Assembly (NCBI GenBank): GCA_009602735.1 | Contig: WELA01000598.1 | Span: 16,878 to 49,570, forward strand | DNA: 32,693 nucleotides | Origin: Mesotaenium endlicherianum | Taxonomy: Eukaryota | Reading direction: 5' to 3' | Shown here: positions 1 through 10,500 of the stretch, piece by piece | How the letters are laid out: every line of letters starts with the position of its first letter | Position numbering within the stretch: the first letter of the stretch is position 1 | Made by a program: the position numbers and the translations under genes | The notes under the pieces: generated by a model | Seen by the model: the letters and a program-made list of their open reading frames with translations, nothing else | Database searches by the model: none | What the model was told of the DNA's origin: nothing

Positions 1-170
1 CCCCCTCCCCCTCCCCCTCCCAACACACACACACACAACGACCAACCGCCGCTGCTTTATCCGCACGCGCATATATGTGCGTGTGTTTTTTTGGGTAAGG
101 CTGCTCCAATTTGACTGTAACCTGTGTGGCACACAAACGGAACATGCGTGGTGGGGCTGGGGGTGTGCAG

Positions 171-2908
171 GGCGGCGCAACCACGTGCTGTTTGTGGGCA
201 TGCTGCTGCTCTTCATCCTGGCAGAGGACTCCTACGTGCGCTGTTCCTTCCACTGTGCGTTGCCCCCCGCCCGTCCCTGCCCTCTTCAACCCCATGTTCC
301 TGTCATGGCTCGGGTGCACGTGCGTGCACGTTTGTGGTGCGTATGTGTCACCGTCTGCAGTAGCGAGGAAGTAGATGCGGCTGGTGAATATACGGCAGCG
401 AGAAGGTGTGTGTGTGTGTGTGTGTGCATCCTTGTGTTGGGTAAGCTGACCTAAGGGGAGTGATACATCTAAGAAGGGGCGCAGTGCACCCAAAGCTATT
501 GATCTGATGGATGCCCATCTGAAAGGGTTGGCCATTCTATAAGGGTGCAAGTGGCCAAGTCCAAGGGGCAGATAGGAGGCGAACAAATGCATGAAGACCT
601 GAGAGGCTTCTAATCCCTTCTCCCTTCTCACTTTCGCTGGCCTGCCTTCCATGGGAGGGGATTGTATGTGCATGTGTGTGTGTGTGTGTATGTGTGCAGA
701 TCTACGAGCGCGCCAGGTGCTGCATCCGCCTCCCGGGCATCCCACTTTATTTGGCGAGGGTACATCTTGCTATCACCCTCCTCCTCCTACTCCTCCTCCT
801 GCCCCTCCCCCATACCTGCCCTGCCGCCCTTTTCTCCAGGACCTACACTAACACCTCCGGTAAACTACCCAAGCCCACCACCCACCCAGGGGGTGGGTGC
901 TTCTTGCTATTGTTGCTCTCCTCCTCCTCTTGAGGTCCTTGTGCTCCGTGCAGGCTGGGCTGTGTTCCTCATATGACGGGTAAGTGCAGATGTGGGCCTG
1001 AAGTCCAGGTTGAGTGGGTCTGACGGCCTCAGGGCTGAGGCCTGAGGCCCGAGGGCCTTTGCTTTGCAGGCGTCATGCATGCTGACGCGTTGCATGCAAG
1101 CGCGCGCGTGTGTGCTTGTGCTGCAGGCAACCCGCTGGGCGACATGGAGTGGTGGTGGCTGGCGCTTGGCCAGGTGGGCTGGTCTGCCGCTTGCACCCAT
1201 GCATCCCTCCACTCCTCTCTGTCTCCCTCTCTCTACTCCCTCTTTCTCTCGTTCCTCTCACCAGCAAGCTTGGACTATTGGAGGCGTCATGCTCATCTGG
1301 GGTTGTGCTGTGCTTGCTGGTGAGACTTGTGCATGCATGCATGCTTGTGCCTGCCTGAGGGCACCCTGGTTGCATGCATTTGACGTGCATATGTGTGGAT
1401 GTGCGCTTATGCACGCTTTCAGGGGAGCGTGCGCGGACCAGCTCTCCAGCTGACGTTTCCTGAGTGATTGAGTGGTTATGGGGGCGAGAGGGTGCGCAGG
1501 CGGCGCTGGAGGAGTGCTGGGTGGTGGCGCTGGCCGTCTTCCTCGCCCTCCAGCTCCTCTGGCAGGTGGGGATCTTGTGCAAAAGCACTGGAGGGTGCCG
1601 GTCTCCAATCTGGTCGCTCTCTAGCCTCTTCATTGATTGAGGTCTTGCAAGCCGACAGAACGTGAGAGAGGACAGGGTCGTGCAAGCCCTGATAAAAATC
1701 TTCAAGAAAAGGAGAGAGTGACCTCTCGGGGACATTTGGGATTATGGTGGTCTTGCCAGTGCAAGCGGGCTTGTTGGACTGCTCTGAGCGTCCAAGTGCC
1801 GCCCCCCCCCAGTTGCTCCTCCCTCCGGGCCCCCTTTAAATGCCTTCAGCACTAGATGGTGCGAGCGCAAAGTCTGCCCAAGGTGCGCACAAACTCACGG
1901 ACAAGCATGCGCGGCGCCGTTTCTTGTGTGCAGGTGCCTCTGCTGCTGTTCCACCTGGTGTGCGCCGCCACCAATATCACCACCAATGAATATGTGAGAC
2001 TTGCGGCCTACAGCATCCCTGTGGTCCTTGTTCATAGGGGTGTTGTTGTGGTCTAGTGACAAAATAGGAGTACACTGCAGGGTGCACATTGCCTTGGCCT
2101 TAGTGTGCCTTGCATGCCCTGCGTGTGTTTTTATGTCTGGTTGTCATCTGCCTGCAGGCGGCCATATCTGCACATGCAGGAGAAACTCTAGTTTTCAACT
2201 CGCGGCAAGTATTTGTCATTAATGAGGGCGTCATGATGTGGCATGCAGGGACGGAGAGTAGAGCGTGAGACAGAGAAAAAGAGAGCTTAACTAGGCTTGG
2301 GGCGTGTCCTGATCGTGGCTGCCAGCTGGCAGTCGGTAAGTTGCTGAAGAAGCAGGTCGTGGGCCCTTACCTGAGGTGTGTGTATCTGCCTCTGTGTGGC
2401 TAACTTTTCGTCCCATGTGCAGGCCACTTGGCGGAGAATCCCAAGCATGTACATAGAGCTGCCACCTAAGCCAGGTACAGCTGCTTGTGCGAGCCCCTAC
2501 ACCCTCCCTGAGAATCTATGTTGGACAAAACTGATGCTTTTTGCAAGATTCACTCATACTACAAATTAGTCAATTGTGAGCTTTAAATGCCACCTTTTAG
2601 TCCACGTGCAGAGAACTGTGCTTGTAGGGGGCACCTTTCTTTAGTCTATGCACAGTGAAGCAGTCGAGGGGCGTCAAGTGGCCTCGTAATATGCATGCTG
2701 GGCTTAGGGAGCATATAAGGTTAGCTTCACAAATACGGCTAGTCTCTGCCTGTTGATGGAGCACAAGTGAAGCGTATCTGAGTGCCTGTTTCTTCGACTT
2801 AAAGCAGGTCACAGATTTTCCACGAGGAAGTTTGTCAACCCGTACAACAGGGGGCTCCTGCGAAATCTTCGGCAATTCTTTTGGAATAAAGATCTGGAGT
2901 ATCAGTAA
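171..2908 (+). CDS. DHHC-type protein S-acyltransferase (palmitoyltransferase), 3' part; 5' exons including the DHHC motif lie upstream of the window
   Basis: Phase-consistent GT-AG exons 171-254, 700-759, 1127-1173, 1500-1565, 1934-1993, 2423-2474 and 2808-2908 (TAA 2906-2908). The spliced product reads (G)RRNHVLFVGMLLLFILAEDSYVRCSFHYLRARQVLHPPPGHPTLFGEGNPLGDMEWWWLALGQAALEECWVVALAVFLALQLLWQVPLLLFHLVCAATNITTNEYATWRRIPSMYIELPPKPGHRFSTRKFVNPYNRGLLRNLRQFFWNKDLEYQ*. It contains the post-DHHC GxxNH, two TM helices, the TTxE motif (TTNE) and the PaCCT motif (NPYNRGLLRNLRQFF). Confidence 0.88.
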
Positions 2909-3401
2909 CGATATGTACTAGACGCACTTAGCGCATTATAGTCTATTTTGCTTTTTATATGAGATTTGCTTCCATTGTATCATAAGACGTAATATGCTAC
3001 TACTTTTTTCTATCACGTCCTACTCTCTCATCTCGTCATTGCTTCGAACGATAGGTGTCGAGGCAAACAAGTCGACGAGTACAGTCAACAAGGAAGTGCA
3101 TGAGCAACTTATTCCGTACCTCAATGTGGCAAGAACTAGACAAAGACGCAGCTGCGAGTTGTGTCACTGAATCACGTACATAGAGTGCAGCTTCCTCAGA
3201 ATGCTGACACATGCCAGTATGCCAGGTGGATAATGAACTTCTGCCCCAGCTATACTGATACCACCAAAAACTGAGTCTCCAAACAATCTGGAGCAAGAGG
3301 ATAAGGAGCCTAGAAGCATGAGGACATAGTTGGGTAACACCTTCTGGAGAGGCTGCAAGAGGATGCAGCACCAGGGCCATCATCGTCCTAGCTCTATATT
3401 C

Positions 3402-6386
3402 TTACTTCCCCAGCCTCTGAGTAGTGGAGGCATAGTAGTCCAGCGCTTGGAGAAAAGCCGGCAGCGTGATGCCGTTCAGCGTGCCCATGTGCCTGAGTCA
3501 TAGCACACGCCACAGCAGGGCTGTCAAGCAACTCACCTCTCCAATATCACACATGCATGCGTGCGTGCATGCGTACATCCGACGGCACGAACTTTCAAGT
3601 TTTCCAAGCGTCAACATTTTTATGTTCCAAAGACATCTCGCAGAGACATCTAGGCCTTGCTCCCCATTGTCCGGGCCAGAAAACGCGACGGAATATTTAG
3701 AGGCGAGCAAGAGAAGGCCGGCTCGAAGTTTCTCTCCCAATAGTGTGCCGCTGACCAAGGACGCCTGTTTCGACGCTCCTGTTGGACGCACGGGCTACCC
3801 TCCGAGGCCAGGCAAGAGTAATAAGCAGCAGACAGAGCGTCGAAGGCTTCCCCTACGACACTCAGTCCCACACTTGAGAAACCGGCATGCGCAGCGGCAT
3901 GCATCGCAGCATCCCTGCATCCTGGAAAATACCCCGGGATGTAACACCCCGCGTGGCAGATGGCAGCACAGAGTGCAGACAGCACAGCCAGGCTGCACAC
4001 AGGCATCACACTGAAATTGCTGCGGGCACGGAGTTTCTGTTCAAAGTGAAGCGATCTGTCAAACCCAAGAGGCGAGGAAATCTTCCGACCACTGAGAGAG
4101 GTGGAGCAAGTGCAGGAGGAGCCTGAGAGAGCATGGGAGCCGGTCGTTGAGCGGCAGGCAGTCGACGGCGAAGATCACCTGATCTCGCAGAGGCGCGTGT
4201 GCCACGGGGAAAAGCCGGCCAGAGAGAGGCATTTGCCAAACACCAGCAGCAGCTCCGGCTCCGCACTCAGGGCTCCTGCATCTCCCATCTCCCCCCGTCC
4301 AGCCCCAGCCCCAGCCCCAACGCCACCCTCCAGCGAGAAAAACACTTGAGCCGTCACTGGCTTCCCTCAGATCCGACATACCCACATCTCAAGCTTTGTG
4401 CAACAGCTGACGCATGCGCGCCCTCATTCCCTGACCTTCATGGACGCGCCCCCTCTCCCACTACAAGCTCGGCTGCTGAGCTGCGCACGTTTCGTGAGCA
4501 TGACCCCCCCTGAGTTGTGGAGGTTTGGGTGCGTGTGTCAGTCCCCTGTTTCAAGTTTTACGTGATAGCTGCGTTCAGAAACAGGTCTCTTTCTCTCTTC
4601 TTTTGGCGTTAAAGAGGGAGGGGGCGAGTGGGCGTCATGTCAGCAAATTCCCTAGATGACACAAGGACGGTCTGAGGACCTCAAGGGGCAAACCCTACAC
4701 CCACGAGCGGATGTTTTTTTGCAAGCATGTAGGGCGGCGGTCAGGAGAAGAAAAGGCACAGCCCCAAAGTTTGAGAGTTGCATTTCAGGGGGTATAATAT
4801 CTAGAGTAGTCATTTCGCAAGCGAGGGAGGTCCCAGACTCCACCGAAATTGGCACACATGTCAAGAAAAGTGCTAAATTGCTGTGGAACTCAAAGGCACG
4901 CCTTCTGGTGCAGGGCACAGTGCCCCTTTCTCCTCTCCAGCCCTCAGGTCCCCTCCATTCCCACCTTCGACACACAGATGCGAGTCTCACCTGGCCCCTG
5001 ACTCCCTCTCCTCTCCGCATTTCCACCTTAGGCATGCAGACTGGAGTCTCACCTATGGAAGCCATGCAAGCGTCGATGTCCCTTTCAGTCACTCTCGGCC
5101 TCGGCTCCTCCACACCACCCACATCCCTAGGCTCTTGACGGCCATCATGCTCACGAAATTTGTCGCTTCTTTGCTCCTTGCCACATTTCTCTCTCTCTTC
5201 GCCTTCACGACAACAACTCTTGTCTGAGCTCTTGTCGTGCTCCTTCGGACGGCTCCTCCTATGCTGGTCCTGTTGCTCTATTGCTAGCGCAGCGGCCACT
5301 TCTGCCAAGGCGGCTTTGCCGTCTGCTGCTGACAGAACCTCCACCTGCATGACACCTGTTCCTTGGCAAGCATCGCCACTTGGTCCATCTACAGACAAGC
5401 CTGCATGCCCTGCCATCCTAGAAGCTTTGCAACTGAAACCTCGTGCGCTGTCACTCCCTAGCTCTTCACTTCGCTGACGACTTCGGCCACCAGCTCTTTT
5501 AGACAGATGAGATAAATAATTTGCTTGAGTTGTGCCATTCCCGCACTCTACACCCACCCCATTATGTCTTGCCTCAGATTCGAGTGGACCTTCAGCACGC
5601 GAATCTATGGCCTCCCTCATTTCTGACAGTCGAGCTCTGATATGAATTCGCTTAGACCTTGGCAACTCCACTTGTGCTGGCTCTGCCTTGCGCTTGGTAT
5701 ATAAGTGCTCGTCAATGAGGCATGCATCTAATACTGATGTTATTTTCATTTCTAGATCATCCAAGGACCCCTTCACATATCCTGCCACCAACAGAATAAG
5801 AAACGTCAAATTGTATACTTGTCGTAGGGCCATGCCTCACCATGGCAAGTGTCAGGTAGACAATGTGCCAGAATTTATTGCATCAAATGGTCATTACAGA
5901 TCTTAGGCAAAAGCGGAAGATGTTTTGCTCCTGGAGCAATTATGACTCGTAGAACAAGGCCAAGGTGTGCAGAGTAAAGAGAAGACACTTAAATGTCAGA
6001 GTCGCAGCTTGCGATGCAACTCCCAAACATTTGGTTATGTAGTTGAGAATCTAACCTTCAGCGTCGTGCACGGAGACATGAGCTACTTGCGCATTTGCCA
6101 TCCATGCCAGCAGCTTCACGAGTTCCTCGTGCCCGTTTTGTATACTACTCCACGCTTCGTCGCGATCTAAAATAATAGCCATGTGCAGAGGGCGTTTCTT
6201 TTGTAGATACTCCTGTACCAGAAATTGCTTCTTTCGCCATTTAGATGATATTTGGTTTCTGATTAGAAAACTAAATGTGATTGGATTGAAGGACAGAATC
6301 GTCTTCCTTAAGCTAATGCCCAGATGATATAATAGGTGAACGACTTGCAGGAGGAAATAGGCAAAGAACGAAGGAAGCTTAAACAT
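3402..6386 (-). CDS. NUS1: Dehydrodolichyl diphosphate synthase complex subunit NUS1 / Nogo-B receptor / LEW1-like (about 415 aa)
   Basis: Exons (-) 6386-6056, 5781-5053, 4275-4179 and 3492-3402, all with GT-AG boundaries and matching phases (1,1,2). Motifs: hydrophobic N-terminus; PLHMAIILDRDEA; KLLAWMANAQVAHVSVHDAEG; MQVEVLSAADGKAALAEVA; VTERDIDACM; EPELLLVFGKCLSLAGFSPWHTRLCEIRHMG; and the C-terminal RxG motif (QRLGK*). The start ATG at 6386 is inferred. Confidence 0.9.
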
Positions 6387-6650
6387 GACACTATAGTTTA
6401 AGTGAGCTTCGTAAGATGAACGAGGACAAGCAGCGATGGTCCCCTGAAGGCATAATCTGAGCTTAATCAATGTGCGTATATACAGTTGAACAGCTACATG
6501 TACGTATGCACGTCGATCTGTTGTTGTAGAAACAGACCTGCGATCTATAAACTTTCGAGTTCTTGCCTTCTGATTTAGCGTTCAAGTCCGTTAATTTGAA
6601 GTCCGGGCTTTTAGTACATGCGCGTTCATGCAACTGACAGGACCGTGGAA

Positions 6651-6680
6651 CAAGACCAGGCAAGACCAGACAAGACCCTG
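6651..6680 (+). repeat. Short 10-bp tandem repeat (CAAGACCxxx x3)
   Basis: caagaccagg caagaccaga caagaccctg. Confidence 0.7.
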
Positions 6681-6816
6681 GGCAAGGCCTGACTGGAAAT
6701 GACCTGAGAATGACCAGCAAAATTACACACGAGAGTTAGACGTTGCCCGGCAGTTTTCGGAACGTCTTGAAGCTTGCCGTCGAGAGCTAAACCGATGAGG
6801 ACAAAATGTGGACAAC

Positions 6817-6858
6817 TACGATGCGCAGATTACGATGCGCAGATTACGATTCGCAAAT
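6817..6858 (+). repeat. 14-bp tandem repeat x3
   Basis: tacgatgcgcagat tacgatgcgcagat tacgattcgcaaat. Confidence 0.85.
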
Positions 6859-7509
6859 TGGCCAGATGACGCAGATGACTGCCTCGTTTTTTGGTACCGA
6901 TCACTTTTAAGTACCGCGTTTTATTCAAGTGGTACCTGCATGTACTATGTCGCATTTCGGGTGCTTCGGGTACTATGGGGCCGAAACAGCATGCCAAATG
7001 GCAACACATGGAGCTCGTAAGCAGAGACCTCATGGGGACCTGTGCAATTTCAAGTGGCTCTTCAAACGGCAAGCTGCAGGCTTTCCACGTGTCTTATGCC
7101 TCATCATTAAGCTTCAGCAAATGCTGACGAGTGTTTCTCCAACGAGGCAGCATAATTTTGCATGGTGCCAGCTTTTTCTCTTTGCCTTTGGAACTAGAAA
7201 ATGAAGACGAAAGATAGCGCCAGCCAGCCCTCTAGTGCAAGGATATTTCTTCCTGCTTACACTCATCTACCACTCGAAAGAAAGCTTAAGAGAGGAGTCG
7301 AAAGACTTGAAGACGATAGTTCGAAGGGCTGGGACGCGAGGATAATGTTGCGGTGACATTGATTGCTAATAAGTTTTTCACCAGGAAGTAAAATGATGGT
7401 CTGAAGGGGTGTAGAGGCCCCGTAGGATTGAAAAGTTAAACGACCTTCTTTTCAGAAAACCATACTATAATACTGGTTATTGTCAGTCGTTTGAAGTGAA
7501 GGAAGAGTT

Positions 7510-10500
7510 ATGGCTCTTATCATAGGATTAGCTGTACTCCTTACGAGTCTCGTGGCTGCTATATTCATGGCTCCCGAACCACTCGTTATCCTTTTCCCAG
7601 GCTCTGGGAACCGTATGCTTGCAGGCATGTCTTATAAGGACCGGAATACGGGAAAGCCCTACGAGAAGAGTTCTGGAAGCCCATACGATGAAGGTACTGA
7701 CGTTCACTATTATCGTTCAGTTCATTACATTTCAATGAAGCTCTCAACAGGAAACTCTAAATTTAACTAAAACAGGTGTCCTGTATATGTACCCTGTTTT
7801 AAGCACTGCGAGTAGAAGATTTATGCCCTAAATTAAGGATCCTCGGTTGTAAAGGACCGTATGATTTCTGTACTTCATGTTCCTGTTCTCTTTTCCTACC
7901 TTCTCACTGCTGTTTGTCTAGTCTTTAATGAAGAAGAGCCAGTATGGACTTCTGTTCGTTTTAAACATTCCTTTTAATATTCCAGAGATAGGCACAGTGT
8001 GTGTTGGGTAATAGGAACTATGCTTGTCTTCCTACTTTTGTCTGCTGGATTGTTGATGTTTTTTTCTAATGTGGCAGATTGCCTGGCATTTGAAGAATAA
8101 GCAGAGAAACCAGCAGACAACCTGCACAGTGAATAATCGAAAGAAAGAGATACAAGAGGCGATGCATTTTTGTGCAAGAAAAATACATTTTACTGTATGA
8201 AAAGTTTCACGCTCAAAAAAGGACGCGAACGTCCCGTTGCTGATACTTCTTGGGCTCATCTTGATTCTTGTGTGCTCTTTGATTCTCTTTCAGACATAGC
8301 AGGGGCAAAGGGGAAGCTGCCCTTTGTCCCTTCGCTTGCCGGAGGCAGAGGCAGGGAGGAGGACTCCGAGCCCCACCTGGCAGCAACAGAGGAGATGACA
8401 GCTGCCGCACAGTCAGTGCTCGCAGCTATCCGCGCCGCCCAGGAAGCTGCATTGGCAGGGAAGGAGGATGCCAGGCAGGCGCAGGGGATGCGGGCGTGGC
8501 ACGAAGGCGAGGCCTCAGGGCAGCAGGACCCGGCCCTCAGAGAGTGGTCTTCCCAGCTCGTGGACGATGCTAAGTACGGAAGCCCTGAGAGAGAGCTGGC
8601 TGAGCTGAAGCTTGCTCACGGGAAAGGCACGCAGCTCCTGGAGCCGGCAGAGGGAGCCCTCTTTGACGTGAGCGGGGCTGCCAGGGGCGAGGTGGCGGCT
8701 GCAGGGCACACGGTGGCGGGAGCCGCCGCCCGGGCCGGGCACTCTGCAGTGGAGGGCTTGCAGCGAGCGGGGCACTCGGTGGCAGAGGGAGCGCAGAGGG
8801 CCAAGGAGAGGGTGGAGGGCGCGGCTACTAGGGCAGAGGAATATGTGGCGGAGGGAGTCCATAGGGTGGGGACCACAGTTGCTGACACAGCAGCCAAGAC
8901 GCGCGACGCTGCTGTCCACGTGGGCCGCGCGGTCCGCGACGCGCCGGTGCGGGCGGGCCAGGCGGTGGTGGGGACCGCGCAGCGTGCGGGCCACGCGACG
9001 TACGAGGCGACGGCACACGTGGCGCAGGCGGCAAAGGACCGCGTGGTGGGGGCTGAGCGCGCGGCGGTTCGGACGGCTGAGGAGGCGTGGGAGAGAGTCG
9101 CAGACGCAGCTAGGGCTGCAGAAGAGAGCATCGAGAGGGCCGCCAACCTCATGCCCGGCAAGGTGAGGGGCGCGGGGGGGAGAGTGGTGGGCCTGGAGGA
9201 GGCCGCCCGGAGGAGGGCGGGTGATGCCGCTCACGCCACCTGGGACGGCGCCAGGCAGACAGCCGACACCGCTCACGAGAACGTCCGGGGCGCCGCCCGC
9301 GGCGTGGGGCACGCCGCAGGGGAGGCGGCGCGCGGTGTGGGGAGGGGCCTCTACGCAGAGGAGGAGGCCGTGCGTCGCGGAATTGCGGGAGCGGGGCACC
9401 GGGCTTGGGACGACGCCGTGTGGGCCGAGGAGGCTGCCAGGCACGGGGTTGGCCGGGCCGGGGAGAGGGTGTGGGAGAAGATGAAGGGCCGCAGCGAGGA
9501 GGTGAGGGAGGCTGCGGGAGGGGCGGCCCACAAGGCCTGGGAGAAGGCCGGCGAGGTGGGGGAGGCTGCGGAGGACCGCGCTGCGTCGGCCGGGCGGGTT
9601 GCCTGGGAGACAGCTGGCGATGCGGAGGAGGCTCTGGAGGAGAAGCTGGTGCGGCTTGGGTACAAGGCCAGAGATGGCGCGGCTGGGGCCGTGGCTGGAG
9701 CCGCGGCCGGGGCGAGGGCTGGGGTCGGGAGGGCTGCTGATATTGCGGGAGGCTGGAAGCAGGGGCAGGGGGGAGGTGCGGGGCCTTCGACGAGGGACTC
9801 GAGGATCTATCGCCTTCTGGACAGCATCTCGGAGGCGGCTGCCACGCACGCCGCCGCCCAGTTTGCCGCCCAGAATCCGCACATCGGCACGCCTGAGCGT
9901 CGCGAGGAGAAGCTCTCGGGGCTGCTGTCGTTGCTGAGAGGGGAAAGCTCCGGGGCTGCAGGGAAAGGGCAGGGGCTGGGACTGGGGCTGGGGGAGGACG
10001 AGGAGGGCGAGGGAGAGGGCCTGCTGACACGAGGCAGGGCTGGAGAGAAGAGGTCCAAATTTCACGGCCCACACGATGCGGACTTTGAAGGCATGCAGCG
10101 GCCCGACCACTTCGAGTGGCGGTACCTGTGGCTGAGCGCGCTGCGGCTGGTCCACCTGGCGAGCTTCGCGGCGGCCTACGGAACGGCCATCTGGACGGTC
10201 CTGGTGCTGCCACACGCGCTCCACAAGCTGTGGCGTGCGAGATTCCAGCTGGTGGCACCTGTCAGCCCCTCGCTCCTCCCCCCGAGCCCCCAGGAGGCTG
10301 TCAGCGGGCTGGCGCAGCCCCTCGTGAGGAATCTTCTGCAGGCCTCCTATTGGCTGCTGGGGCCCTCGCTGGTGCTCTGCGTGGCCACGTTTGCGCGCAT
10401 CCACCCCCCCTGGCGTGCTGGCGACTCGGAGGCGTGGCATGTGGCGCCGCTGGTGGTGGCGCTCGCGGCGGCGGCCGCCAACAGCTTCGGCCTCTACCCC

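Larger units (their letters stand above)
6387..7509. promoter_or_regulatory. Divergent intergenic/promoter region shared by NUS1 (-) and the LEA-TMEM205 gene (+)
   Basis: About 1.1 kb, AT-richer, between opposed start codons. Contains ABRE/G-box CACGTGTC (7086-7093), five GTAC cores in 6894-6973 and TATA-like TATAAT (7466-7471). Confidence 0.6.

Noticed and set aside
1064..1420. Many CATGCA (RY-element) and palindromic GCATGC motifs
   Set aside because: Intronic and abundant throughout the window as part of TGCA/CATG low-complexity sequence, so not informative.
6817..6858. Short repeats as a CRISPR-like array
   Set aside because: Head-to-tail repeats with no spacers, in a eukaryotic context with no cas genes.
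7510..7770. Stand-alone 86-aa secreted peptide
   Set aside because: Better explained as exon 1 of the LEA gene: the phase-1 donor at 7694 matches the acceptor at 8293.
7768..7801. 9-bp inverted repeat taaaacagg...cctgtttta in LEA intron 1
   Set aside because: Too short to call a MITE or structured RNA, and there is no independent copy outside the duplication.
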